DNA of 64,000 bases, from assembly GCA_963727775.1 (NCBI GenBank), contig CAVSHB010000002.1, forward strand, positions 768,001-832,000, read 5' to 3'. Both the position numbers and the translations under genes were made by a program. Shown piece after piece: positions 17,865 to 27,611 of this stretch (the first letter of the stretch is position 1; each line of letters opens with the position of its first letter). The DNA is from an uncultured Nitrospiraceae bacterium. GTDB lineage: Bacteria > Nitrospirota > Thermodesulfovibrionia > Thermodesulfovibrionales > SM23-35. Under the pieces are notes generated by a model that was given only the letters and a program-made list of their open reading frames with translations, did not search any database and was not told the DNA's origin.

Positions 17865-20587
17865 AAAAAACGGAGACGAGAAACAGCCTTTGGAAAGACC
17901 GCAGAGTAATATATTTTACATTTATTTCATGCTGTCTGCTTTTTGCTGTCTGCTGTTGGCCGGTTGTTTCTCCTGATGTATCGGCTTCCGTAGTCGGTGA
18001 GATAGAAATTAAAGGTCTTTCTTCGATGGGCAACGATGAACTCCTCTATCTTCTCGATCTCAACCCCGGAAAGACAATAGATGCCGAACGTGTCAAGCTG
18101 GGGATAAAAAGGGCTTTCTTGACCGGAATATTCGAGGACATTACGGTTGAGACCACGGACGGAGAAAAATCTAAAGTAGTGATTAACATAAAGGAGAGGG
18201 ATTTTATAAAAAATATTTATGTGAAAGGGGAACATGCCCTTTCTAAAGGGACGATAAAGGAATTGTTTCCATTGAAAGAAGGACAGGAGTTGTCCTGTGA
18301 TATGCTCGAAAAAGCTGTAAGGGATCTGCGCCACAAGATTGAAATTCGCGGTTACCCGCACGTTGAGATCAAACCCGAAGTTGAACATTTAAAAGAGCCT
18401 AACAGGGTCAATATATATCTCCGGGTAGATACCGGAGAACCCCTGAGGATTAGAAAGATTGAAATCACCGGAGCAAAAGGTGATATCAGGCATGTAATGA
18501 AATTATCTGAAGGAGATGTATTCGACCGGACGCTTATGGAGAAGGATATGGAGCGGATAAAGGCTTACTACAAGGACAAAAAATATTTCAGGCCTGTAAT
18601 CGGGCCTTATACCTTCACCGGCGGAACACTCTCTCTGCAGGTCGAAACCGGCAGGCGCCTGGATACTTCCATCGAAGGCAATGATCATGTCTCCATGAGC
18701 AGGCTGTCAAAAGAGCTGCCTTTCTTCGATGCTGAGGATTTCAGCGATGATATTGTGGAAGAGGCGGTGCAGAGAATCTTGTCTGTTTACCATGCGGAGG
18801 GATACCCCTTTGCACAGATCGCTCCTGTCACAACCTCGGAAGATGACCTTATCATTGTCAATTTTTTTGTGTTTGAAGGCGTCCGGGTCGCTGTAGGTAA
18901 AATCACCTTTACCGGAAATACCCTGTCGGATAAGAATCTTAAAGGAATAATGTCCTTAAAAGAGGGCAAGATATATAATCCCAATTTTATCGATTCGGAC
19001 AGAGAGACACTGAAGAATTTTTATGGTTCCCTCGGTTACCTGTCTTCTGCAGTTGAGGAGCTTCAGACAAAATACGAAGAGGGTTCTAATAAAATAAATA
19101 TATCTGTGACTATACACGAAGGCCCAAAAACATTGATTGACCGTGTAACCATCAACGGAGCAAAACTCATCGCGGGAGAAGAATTAAGCAAGATTATCAG
19201 GATTAAGCAGGGAGACGTATATAACGAGGTTGATATTTCCGATGCGCGATACAGGGCAATTGAGTTTTATAACAACAAAGGGTTCCCTGATGCCACTGTG
19301 TCCGTAACCAGAGAAATCGACGGGCAGAAGGCCAACATAACGTTTCATATTAATGAGGGGGCGCTGACATTATTCGGTAAAGCCATAGTTACCGGCAACC
19401 GCGCGACAAAATATACGGTGGTACAAAGGGAATTGATGCAGGAAGAAGATAAACCGTTCGATTTGAGCGCCCTCGCAAAGGAGAGACAAAAGCTGTATAA
19501 ATTGGGACTGTTCACCGATATTAATATGGAAGCGCTCGATAAGCATGACGACAAGAAGGATGTCCTGATAAAGCTGAGAGAGGGAAATGCAGGGTCAGTT
19601 GAACTCGGCGTGGGATACGGTGAATACGAGCAGTATCGGGGCATGATAGATGTAAGCTACAGGAATCTCATGGGCATGAACAGGCAGGCTTCATTAAGAC
19701 TTGAATTCAGCTCTCTCGAAAAGCGTTATATACTGCAGTATTTCGAGCCCTGGTTTTTGGGGACTCCTTTGCCGTTCAGGGTATCACTACTTGGAGAAGA
19801 TAAAAAGGAAATAAATGTGGACACAGGAGAAACCCTGTACAGGTTGACGAGACAGACCCTGTCTGCAGGCTTCGAAAAAAAGCTCAGTGATGTGGTAAAG
19901 TCTGAACTGTATTATGATTTCTCAGTTGTGAACACCTTTGACGTCCAGCCGGATGTTATATTGAGCAGGGAAGACACCGGCACACTTATTATAAGCGGAC
20001 TGCGGCTGGGCCTCATTTACGACACAAGGGACAATCCTTTTTCTCCCGAGAGAGGAATCCTTTCCGGGATTAGCCTAAAACTCACGTCTCCAGTTTTCGC
20101 GTCGGAGACCGATTTTGCAAAACTCTCCTTCTACGGCAATGTTTATCATAAAATTGTACCAGGAGTAGTCCTTGCAGCATCAATTAGAGGAGGAATCGCA
20201 CAGGGCTATTATAATACGAATGCACTGCCGATCGTGGAAAGGTTTTTCCTTGGTGGGAGAACTACTGTCAGAGGTTATGACCAGGATACCCTTGGCCCCA
20301 AGGGCACTGACGGAAACCCCACTGGAGGGAACGCCTATCTTATGGAAAATCTCGAAATAAGGACATCTTTGGGTAAAGGATTAGGGGTGGTGACCTTCCT
20401 TGACGGGGGTAATGTCTGGCTGAAAATCGACCAAATTAACCCCGCGTATTTCAAATTTACGACCGGCTTGGGGTTAAGGTATGACACTCCTGTCGGACCT
20501 ATCCGGGTAGATTATGGATTCAAACTCCAAAAAGAAAAAGGCGAAAGCAGCGGCGTACTACACTTCAGCATAGGCCATGCATTTTAA
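17861..20587 (+). CDS. Omp85-family outer membrane assembly protein (BamA/TamA-like)
   Basis: Multiple POTRA repeats, VRGY motif, TPVGPIRVDYG, C-terminal HFSIGHAF. Confidence 0.92.
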   Translation: MKKTETRNSLWKDRRVIYFTFISCCLLFAVCCWPVVSPDVSASVVGEIEIKGLSSMGNDELLYLLDLNPGKTIDAERVKLGIKRAFLTGIFEDITVETTDGEKSKVVINIKERDFIKNIYVKGEHALSKGTIKELFPLKEGQELSCDMLEKAVRDLRHKIEIRGYPHVEIKPEVEHLKEPNRVNIYLRVDTGEPLRIRKIEITGAKGDIRHVMKLSEGDVFDRTLMEKDMERIKAYYKDKKYFRPVIGPYTFTGGTLSLQVETGRRLDTSIEGNDHVSMSRLSKELPFFDAEDFSDDIVEEAVQRILSVYHAEGYPFAQIAPVTTSEDDLIIVNFFVFEGVRVAVGKITFTGNTLSDKNLKGIMSLKEGKIYNPNFIDSDRETLKNFYGSLGYLSSAVEELQTKYEEGSNKINISVTIHEGPKTLIDRVTINGAKLIAGEELSKIIRIKQGDVYNEVDISDARYRAIEFYNNKGFPDATVSVTREIDGQKANITFHINEGALTLFGKAIVTGNRATKYTVVQRELMQEEDKPFDLSALAKERQKLYKLGLFTDINMEALDKHDDKKDVLIKLREGNAGSVELGVGYGEYEQYRGMIDVSYRNLMGMNRQASLRLEFSSLEKRYILQYFEPWFLGTPLPFRVSLLGEDKKEINVDTGETLYRLTRQTLSAGFEKKLSDVVKSELYYDFSVVNTFDVQPDVILSREDTGTLIISGLRLGLIYDTRDNPFSPERGILSGISLKLTSPVFASETDFAKLSFYGNVYHKIVPGVVLAASIRGGIAQGYYNTNALPIVERFFLGGRTTVRGYDQDTLGPKGTDGNPTGGNAYLMENLEIRTSLGKGLGVVTFLDGGNVWLKIDQINPAYFKFTTGLGLRYDTPVGPIRVDYGFKLQKEKGESSGVLHFSIGHAF

Positions 20588-20604
20588 GAAAGCGGGAATA
20601 AAGA

Positions 20605-21165
20605 GTGAAGAGTAAAAGGATAAAGGAACTGGGAAGGAAATTATATGGCGATTTGTTACCGGCTATGCGTTATTCAGTATTCGTTTATTTTCTATTGGTC
20701 ATCCCTTTATGTAATTTGCTCCATGCCGGAATGATGGACCGTGTGGCGGCGTATGCTGACAACATTGCGATAACGCTCAGTGAATTGGAGGCTAAATACG
20801 CTGACACCGTAAAAATAAAGCCTGACATAACAAAAGACGAGGTGCTGAATACCATGATCAATAAAGCGCTTATGCTGAAAGAGGCAAAAAAGATACGGCT
20901 GGAGGCGCCTTCTGAAGATGAACTGCTGAAAGAATATATTGATTTAAAGGTCAGGGCCTTTATCAGAATAAGGGATGCAGAGGTCACGGATTTCTATAAT
21001 AAACATATCCCGGATTTTAAAGAAAAAGAATTGGAGGATGTGCGAGCGGAAATCGAAACCTATCTCATCGAAAAAGAATTAAACCAGAGGCTGAAAACAC
21101 ATATTGATGAGCTCAGGGAGAAGTCCTGCGTAAAGATACAATTAAATCAGGGTCCCCAGAGGTAA
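20605..21165 (+). CDS. SurA N-terminal-domain protein
   Basis: MDRVAAYADNIAITLSEL after a signal-like segment; downstream of the Omp85 gene. Confidence 0.75.
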   Translation: MKSKRIKELGRKLYGDLLPAMRYSVFVYFLLVIPLCNLLHAGMMDRVAAYADNIAITLSELEAKYADTVKIKPDITKDEVLNTMINKALMLKEAKKIRLEAPSEDELLKEYIDLKVRAFIRIRDAEVTDFYNKHIPDFKEKELEDVRAEIETYLIEKELNQRLKTHIDELREKSCVKIQLNQGPQR

Positions 21166-21169
21166 TGGT

Positions 21170-22138
21170 ATTCTTTCTATAGGGCATATAACGGTCACTT
21201 CTCCGTTGGTGCTTGCCCCGATGTCCGGAATAAGCGACTTGCCATACCGCCTGATCAACAGGTCTTTCGGCTGCGGCCTTGCTTTTACCGAAATGATAAG
21301 CGCCCACTCTCTCATCTACAAAAATAAAGCCACTTTGAAAATGCTTTCTACAAACCGGGACGACAAGCCTTTAGGCGTCCAGATTGTGGGACACGATCCC
21401 GAGATCATCAAAAGGGCGTTGGATATCCTGTCGGGATATGATTTTGATATCATAGATTTCAATGCTGCATGCCCGGTAAAGAAGGTTGTATCGAAGGGGG
21501 AGGGGGCCGGACTGCTCAGAGAACCGGTGAAGCTCCAAAAACTCCTGAAGCTGATCGTTGAAAACACCGGCGTGCCCGTCACGGTCAAGATACGCTCAGG
21601 CTGGGATGAAACGGCCGTAAATGCAGTAGAGACCGCCCTTTGCGCGCAGGATGCTGGGGTGAAAGCTCTTATTATACACGGCAGAACGAGAATGCAGGGG
21701 TACAGAGGAAATGTAAATTATAATATCATAAGGGAAGTAAAACAGGCGCTGGAAATACCTGTGATCGCAAGCGGTGATGCGCTGAAGCCGGTCCTTATCA
21801 AGAAAATGTTTGATGAGACAGGCTGCGACGGTGTGGCCTTAGCAAGGGGCGCGCTCGGTAATCCCTGGATATTCAGCGAGACGAGTGAGTTTCTGAAAAC
21901 CGGGACGATACTTTCCAGCCCCGAGGTTCATGAAGTAATCCGGACCATGACAAAACATCTTGATTTACTTGTCTCATTCCATGGAGAGATGACCGGCGTT
22001 ATGCTTTACAGAAAATTCTTCACGTGGTATACCAGGGGAATGGCCGTAAAGCAACTCAGAGTCAGGGCCTTCGGCGCAGAGACACGGGATGATATGCTGC
22101 GGTTGATAGGTGAAGTGCAGACATTGATGTCCCGTTAA
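21170..22138 (+). CDS. dusB: tRNA-dihydrouridine synthase B
   Basis: LAPMSGISD, FNAACPV, VTVKIRSG, HGRT and ARGALGNPW motifs; start uncertain (ATT 21170 or TTG 21206). Confidence 0.92.
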   Translation: MLSIGHITVTSPLVLAPMSGISDLPYRLINRSFGCGLAFTEMISAHSLIYKNKATLKMLSTNRDDKPLGVQIVGHDPEIIKRALDILSGYDFDIIDFNAACPVKKVVSKGEGAGLLREPVKLQKLLKLIVENTGVPVTVKIRSGWDETAVNAVETALCAQDAGVKALIIHGRTRMQGYRGNVNYNIIREVKQALEIPVIASGDALKPVLIKKMFDETGCDGVALARGALGNPWIFSETSEFLKTGTILSSPEVHEVIRTMTKHLDLLVSFHGEMTGVMLYRKFFTWYTRGMAVKQLRVRAFGAETRDDMLRLIGEVQTLMSR

Positions 22139-22207
22139 CCCGAATAATAAGACGCAAGTATATATTTGAAACAGAAATTTAGGCGTTAGCCCAAGGAAAT
22201 TGATGAA

Positions 22208-22534
22208 ATGAAAAAATGTCCATACTGTGCTGAGGAGATTCAAGACGCGGCAATAAAGTGTAAACACTGCGGCGAGTTTCTCGATGCATCCCCCCGCCCA
22301 CATCATAGAGAAGACACTATCAAATGGTATTTCCGGAAATCTTTCATTATCATCGCAGTCTGCACCGTGGGACCTCTGGCATTGCCGTTAATCTGGTGGC
22401 GACCTAATACGACGCGCGTTTGGAAGATCGGCCTCACAATCGTGGTCCTTGCGCTAAGTTGGATATTGTTCCAATTAACTCTGGAATCCATTCGAAAGAT
22501 AACGGAGTATTACCGGCTACTTAACACAATATAG
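22208..22534 (+). CDS. Zinc-ribbon membrane protein
   Basis: [20 protein letters not shown] followed by two TM segments. Confidence 0.8.
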   Translation: MKKCPYCAEEIQDAAIKCKHCGEFLDASPRPHHREDTIKWYFRKSFIIIAVCTVGPLALPLIWWRPNTTRVWKIGLTIVVLALSWILFQLTLESIRKITEYYRLLNTI

Positions 22535-22549
22535 CAAGAGTAGATTCGA

Positions 22550-22816
22550 ATGTCTGAATATAAAAAACAAAAAAGTTCTGCAACCCACCCCAGGGTATTT
22601 CAATTAAAAAGAGATTGGAACACATGGCTCGCTCTTTCGCAATGGGTAAAAGAGACAATGAGAATGAATAGCTATTGGATCAATGTTGCACATGAGATTA
22701 GCAAGAGCCTGAAGGAAGGAAAACAACTGACTGATAAGCAGGAAGAAGATATGGGTAAATGTTGGCGACAGGCTATCAGAAAAGGTTTTGCACCAAAGGG
22801 AATAATGAGAAGTTGA
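22550..22816 (+). CDS. Hypothetical protein (possibly a fragment of a larger gene)
   Basis: 88-aa ORF; no family confidently recognised. Confidence 0.45.
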   Translation: MSEYKKQKSSATHPRVFQLKRDWNTWLALSQWVKETMRMNSYWINVAHEISKSLKEGKQLTDKQEEDMGKCWRQAIRKGFAPKGIMRS

Positions 22817-23200
22817 CAAAAATCCTATGTTATACCGAATCGGTTTTTAGTCCTTATTGCCACAATATACCGAATGCCCCCTGATAAAACATGTTGATAT
22901 TATTAAATTCTTAACTTTTTGTTACGTTTCAGATGTGCTATAATTTCGCCATAAAACCAAAAAATAAGGTATCGGTATAATCATTGTTGAACTAAACCGC
23001 TCCGCGGTAGCCTTCCGATAAGTCATCCATCCCAATAAGATAACGCCTGTCTGTTTATTTGCTTCATCGCATTATCGTTACTTGTTGAATGAACGCAAAT
23101 CCCGATAGAATCTCTTTTCTGTATTACTGCCGGCATTAGCTGGTGTATATCCATTTTATTCGCCTCAGCGAATCCGCCGTGGCGGAAAGGAGATTTTGTC

Positions 23201-23650
23201 ATGACATTAAGAGAACAGATGCAGAGGGACCTTCAGTTAAGGGGGCTGAGTGCAAGGACGCAAGAGGTTTATCTTACTCGGCTAAGGGAACTTGCCCGTT
23301 ATTTCAAGAAATCACCTGATCAGCTTGGAGAGAGCGAAATCAAGCAGTACCTTCTTTATCTTTTGAAAGAAAAGAAGGCATCCGATTCGACAGTCCGACA
23401 ATACTATGGAGCACTGAAGTTCTTCTATCAGATAACGCTGAAGCGCAGTTGGGTAATGGAAAAGATTCCCTATTTGAAGACCAAGAAGAGACTTCCTGTT
23501 ATCCTGGACAGGGAAGAGATTGAAGCTCTTTTTGCCGCAACGGACAATATCAAGCACCGGGCTATATTGATTATCATCTACTCGGCAGGGTTGCGAATCG
23601 GGGAAGCAGCCAATCTGAGGATTGCAGATATTGACAGCAAGCGAATGACT
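23201..23650 (+). pseudogene. Truncated tyrosine recombinase (N-terminal SAM-like domain plus start of catalytic domain)
   Basis: LRGLSARTQEVY, KRLPVIL and YSAGLRIGE (catalytic Arg); ends at DSKRM, lacking HxxR and the catalytic Tyr; ORF tail comes from the adjacent element. Confidence 0.85.
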
Positions 23651-23662
23651 ACTAGCATTTTA

Positions 23663-24591
23663 GGGTCAGGTCTATATTGTTTGACTTTTATCTAAACATC
23701 TGCTAAGCTCTCTTCATGGCCCGCCCGCTCCGCATTGAATACCCTGGCGCTGTGTATCACATTACCAGCAGAGGAAATGATAAAAAGACCGTGTTCAAAG
23801 ACGATACAGACCGGGAAACATTTCTCAGTACCCTCGCCCATGTCAATAAACGCTACTACTGGCTTTGCCACGCTTACTGCCTCATGGACAACCACTATCA
23901 CCTACTCGTCGAAACCCCGGATGGCAATCTCTCCATAGGCATGAGGCAATTAAACGGCGTTTTTACTCAGGCGCGGAACAAACGCTACCAAAAAACCGGA
24001 CATCTCTTCCAAGGCAGGTATAAGGCCATTCTTATTCAAAAAGACAGCCATCTCCTTGAAGTATGCCGTTATGTGGTGCTGAATCCCATCCGCGCAAGAA
24101 CGGTCAAAAGACTTGACGATTGGAAATGGTCCAGCTATCGGACAACAGCGGGTAAGGAACAGCTCCAGCCTTGTCTTACTATAGACTGGGTGCTCGGCCA
24201 ATTCAGCCGAACAAGAGCCGAAGCAGAGAAAGAATACCGCCAGTTTGTCAAATGTGGGATCGGTAAAGAGACAATCTGGAATGAAGTTAAGTGCCAATCG
24301 ATTCTCGGTGAAGACGATTTTGTCGCCAGTCTGAGCGATCATCTTAAAAGACACAGGGATGTTCCTGAGATACCCAAGAGCCAGCGGTTTGCCAACCGTC
24401 CTGAGCTTGACAAAATATTCACTGAGAGTATACTCAGAGACAAACGCAAGCGGGATAGGAAGATAGCCGAGGCCATTGAGAAGCACGGATACACTCAACG
24501 TTCGGTCGCCAATCACCTTGGTATGCACTTCACATACGTGAGCAGAATATTGCGCGAAAAAAAGCAAAGGTAAACAATATAGACCTGACCC
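23663..24591 (+). mobile_element. HUH/RAYT transposase unit bounded by 26-bp inverted repeats
   Basis: GGGTCAGGTCTATATTGTTTGACTTT (23663-23688) vs reverse complement of 24566-24591, 24/26 identical. Confidence 0.8.
23716..24573 (+). CDS. REP-associated tyrosine transposase (Y1 HUH) with C-terminal HTH
   Basis: MARPLR, HITSRGN, AYCLMDNHYHLL (HUH), GHLFQGRYK and RYVVLNP motifs. Confidence 0.92.
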   Translation: MARPLRIEYPGAVYHITSRGNDKKTVFKDDTDRETFLSTLAHVNKRYYWLCHAYCLMDNHYHLLVETPDGNLSIGMRQLNGVFTQARNKRYQKTGHLFQGRYKAILIQKDSHLLEVCRYVVLNPIRARTVKRLDDWKWSSYRTTAGKEQLQPCLTIDWVLGQFSRTRAEAEKEYRQFVKCGIGKETIWNEVKCQSILGEDDFVASLSDHLKRHRDVPEIPKSQRFANRPELDKIFTESILRDKRKRDRKIAEAIEKHGYTQRSVANHLGMHFTYVSRILREKKQR

Positions 24592-24606
24592 CGATATTGC
24601 TGGTCG

Positions 24607-24735
24607 TTGACAAAAAATCAAGGTTTTGCGCCGAAAGAACTCAATACCATACGGGAAATAATTAGAAACAACAGAGATAAAATAATGGAGGCGTGGTATG
24701 AGCACTGCGGTAAAACTACAAGAAGTAAGAATTAA
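24607..24735 (+). pseudogene. C-terminal fragment of a DUF4160-family toxin
   Basis: LTKNQGFAPKELNTIREIIRNNRDKIMEAWYEHCG... overlaps the start of DUF2442; N-terminus missing at the RAYT boundary. Confidence 0.7.
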
Positions 24736-24979
24736 GGAAATAAGCGTCACAGAGGATACAATTACTGCTCAGCTCGTTGACGGACGTATAATCAGCGTCC
24801 CGCTTGCATGGTCGTGGCGATTGTCTGAGGCAACACCGAAGCAGCGCGCAAATTTCAGAATTATAGGAGAAGGGCATGGTGTACATTGGCCGGATATCGA
24901 TGAAGATATCAGCGCTGAAGGTATGCTTTATGGTATTCCTGCTCCCCGACCGTCAAAACACAAATCAAAATCCAAGTAA
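24698..24979 (+). CDS. DUF2442-family putative antitoxin
   Basis: LVDGRIISVPLAWSWRL...GVHWPDIDEDIS signature. Confidence 0.9.
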   Translation: MSTAVKLQEVRIKEISVTEDTITAQLVDGRIISVPLAWSWRLSEATPKQRANFRIIGEGHGVHWPDIDEDISAEGMLYGIPAPRPSKHKSKSK

Positions 24980-24990
24980 CACAAAACAAT

Positions 24991-25078
24991 GGCCAACAAC
25001 AGCATCGACCTGACACGGTTTAAACCGCCGTTGGTTTTGCATAGGCAATTGCCGCGCCGGTTAAGGCCATCGTTATCT
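24991..25078 (+). other. attC-like integron cassette recombination site
   Basis: GGCCAAC (R'') 11 nt after the DUF2442 stop, GTTATCT (R') 88 bp on, imperfect L boxes and stem that pair better on the bottom strand. Confidence 0.6.
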
Positions 25079-25164
25079 GCCAAAATAACTAAACGACACT
25101 TGAAAAATACATACGATTGATGCATACTAATGCATATATAAAATATTGATGGAAGGGGAATTTT

Positions 25165-25362
25165 ATGAGGACCACACTCAACATAGAAGACGGATTACTT
25201 GACAAGGCAGCAAAGTTGACTGGTATTAAGGAAAAAACGTCCCTTGTCAGACTTGGGCTTGAAGCACTCATAGCAAAAGAAAGCAGTAAGAGACTCGCAA
25301 ACCTCGGAGGAACAGAAAAGAAATTAAATATGATCCCTCGCAGAAGATCAGCAGGTACGTAA
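25165..25362 (+). CDS. vapB: VapB-family antitoxin
   Basis: MRTTLNIEDGLLDKA...EKTSLVRLGLEALI ribbon-helix-helix signature. Confidence 0.88.
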   Translation: MRTTLNIEDGLLDKAAKLTGIKEKTSLVRLGLEALIAKESSKRLANLGGTEKKLNMIPRRRSAGT

Positions 25363-25363
25363 A

Positions 25364-25720
25364 ATGGTTCTTGTTGACACTTCGGTGTGGGTTGAACATC
25401 TTCGAGCCGGCAACGTCGGACTTGAAAAGCTATTGAATGAAGGCCAGGTTGTTTGTCATCTGTTCATTGTTGGAGAACTCGCTTGCGGCAATCTCTCAAA
25501 CAGGTCTGAAATCCTTTCTCTCTTGCAGGTCCTGCCTCTGGCGAACCATGCAGAACATGAAGAAGTGATGCATTTTATAGAGAATTATTCGCTTATGGGA
25601 AAAGGGTTAGGGTACATTGATATGCATCTGATTGTTTCGGCTCTATTGACGAAAGTTTCAATTTGGACACTCGACAAGAAACTCAAAGAGGTTTCTTCAA
25701 AGCTGGGGTTAGAGTACTGA
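25364..25720 (+). CDS. vapC: VapC PIN-domain toxin
   Basis: VLVDTSVW, GELACG, YIDMHL and WTLDKKL motifs. Confidence 0.9.
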   Translation: MVLVDTSVWVEHLRAGNVGLEKLLNEGQVVCHLFIVGELACGNLSNRSEILSLLQVLPLANHAEHEEVMHFIENYSLMGKGLGYIDMHLIVSALLTKVSIWTLDKKLKEVSSKLGLEY

Positions 25721-25854
25721 TTATCGCGGCAGGAATAAATCGGAATGAGTGGCAGATTTCACCGGAATATACACCTGCATTATTTCAATTGTATTTGGAG
25801 TTACTATCTTCCTCATAATTGCAAAAAATATCTTGTTGTTCGTATAATTTACGG

Positions 25855-26421
25855 ATGGATTTACGAGGGAATTTAATAGAAATAATAAAAGAGAGATCTT
25901 TTCAGTACAGCAGCGATCCAAAATTTAAGCTCACATCCGGCGCCGTCAGTAATTTTTATTTTAATATGAAAAAAACTACCCAGTCTCCTGACGGCATGCA
26001 TTTGATAGGCCAAATTGTTTTTGAAAAGATAAAAGAGCTCGGACTCTGCCCTCACGCCATCGGCGGCCTTACTATGGGCGCAGATCCTATTGCTTATGCT
26101 GTTGCTATGTATTCTTTCGGCGTCAACGATCCTGTCCAGGCGTTTGTAATAAGAAAAGAACCTAAAGGACATGGGCTGAAACTACCGATAGAAGGAAATG
26201 TCAATCCAGGCGAACACGTAATTATCATAGATGATGTTATCACTACCGGCGGCTCCACAATAAAAGCTATAAACATCGCTAAAGAGTACGGACTGATTAT
26301 AGACGCTGTAATTGTCCTTGTAGACCGCTGCGAACAAAACGGCAGGCAGAATATAGAGGAATTAGGCTATCCGCTTTATGATATTCTGACTCTCTATGAC
26401 TTTATTCCCGCAAAAAATTAG
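25855..26421 (+). CDS. pyrE: Orotate phosphoribosyltransferase
   Basis: FKLTSG, GGLTMGADP, IRKEPKGHG and IIDDVITTGGS (PRPP loop); start set at ATG 25855. Confidence 0.9.
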   Translation: MDLRGNLIEIIKERSFQYSSDPKFKLTSGAVSNFYFNMKKTTQSPDGMHLIGQIVFEKIKELGLCPHAIGGLTMGADPIAYAVAMYSFGVNDPVQAFVIRKEPKGHGLKLPIEGNVNPGEHVIIIDDVITTGGSTIKAINIAKEYGLIIDAVIVLVDRCEQNGRQNIEELGYPLYDILTLYDFIPAKN

Positions 26422-26491
26422 CGTCTGATCTGAACAGTAAGTCGATAAATAATACCGGATGTCCTTCCGTTCTTCGGGTTTTGGGCCTGAT

Positions 26492-26815
26492 TTAGAATGT
26501 GAACGTTTCTTCTTCGGCTACCACGAATATCGGATGCCCTCCTGTGGAGATTGACACCGCGTGAGCCAGCGTCTCCTTCGCTCCCTCCGTGGCGGCACAG
26601 GCATTCAAAGCATCTATCGACGGGAAGTAAACCTCTGCAATCCGGTAAAAGGGCGGTGTTCCCTGAGGCGCGCCGATTACTTTTGTCGCCACAAACTTAG
26701 TTTTGCCCACCAGTTTTTCAACAGCCATCGGGACGTGTTCCTCCTGATACAGCTTTTCGAAAGCTTCGATATCGGCGGGACGAGGATAGATCACTATAAA
26801 TTTTACTTCAGCCAT
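26492..26815 (-). CDS. EthD-family protein
   Basis: VIYPRPADIEAFEKLYQEEHVP...IAEVYF; AGGAGG RBS before ATG 26815. Confidence 0.85.
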   Translation of the reverse strand: MAEVKFIVIYPRPADIEAFEKLYQEEHVPMAVEKLVGKTKFVATKVIGAPQGTPPFYRIAEVYFPSIDALNACAATEGAKETLAHAVSISTGGHPIFVVAEEETFTF

Positions 26816-27109
26816 TTTTCCCTCCTGAATTTTGTTTATATATTTCAGTTTACCCCCACCGGCTGCAAAATCAAGTCCGCGTCCTCTATAAGGGACTAAA
26901 AACTCACTGCCGATATTATGCAAATAAATTCAGCCGGACCAAATAATGCAAACATTGTTCGATAAATAATTTAAAATATCTTTTGTGGAAGTATTCATAA
27001 GAATAAGCCTTGGATTATTTCTTGGAATTATACTAAGGTACCGGCAAATTAAAAAATCTCAATCACGAGTTATACGCGTGATAGTATTCCAATTGGGGTT
27101 TAGGCGCTG

Positions 27110-27553
27110 ATGAATAAGCTGATCATCCGCGATATGAGGGACAATGATCTGCCTTCCATATTGGAAATAGAACAGATTTCGTTTACAACCCCGTGGTCCG
27201 AACAATCTTTCCTTAACGAAATTTACAAAAAGTACGCTTTTTCAAAAGTCGCCGTGTTTGAGGAAAAGATTACAGGGTTCATCTGCGTGAATTATCTGCT
27301 CCACGAATCCCATCTCCTCGACCTCGCGGTCCATCCGGATTTCAGGAGGCGGGGGATCGCAACCATGCTGATGGATGAAGCCATGAAGGGATTGAAAAAA
27401 ATGGGCTGTGTTTTTGTGTACCTTGAAGTCAGAGTTTCAAATACCGGCGCACAAAAATTCTATGAACGGTTCGGGTTTAAGGTTGACGGCATCAGGAGAA
27501 AATACTACGGCAACCCGGATGAGGACGCGCTACTGATGATGGGAAGGCTATGA
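27110..27553 (+). CDS. rimI: Ribosomal-protein alanine N-acetyltransferase RimI
   Basis: SFTTPWS, LAVHPDFRRRGIA, LEVRVSN and RRKYY...EDALLM motifs. Confidence 0.92.
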   Translation: MNKLIIRDMRDNDLPSILEIEQISFTTPWSEQSFLNEIYKKYAFSKVAVFEEKITGFICVNYLLHESHLLDLAVHPDFRRRGIATMLMDEAMKGLKKMGCVFVYLEVRVSNTGAQKFYERFGFKVDGIRRKYYGNPDEDALLMMGRL

Positions 27554-27611
27554 ACATATCTATCAGTGTACTATGGTTAGGATCTTCCGGTGAAAACGTT
27601 ATGGGAATGCT

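Noticed and set aside
22133..22191. Possible attC ending in GTTAGCC before the zinc-ribbon gene
   Set aside because: Only the R'-like heptamer is convincing; no L boxes or stem
5213..27553. tsaB and rimI separated by 21 kb as evidence of one large insertion
   Set aside because: The interval contains core genes (tamB, Omp85, dusB) and no boundary repeats
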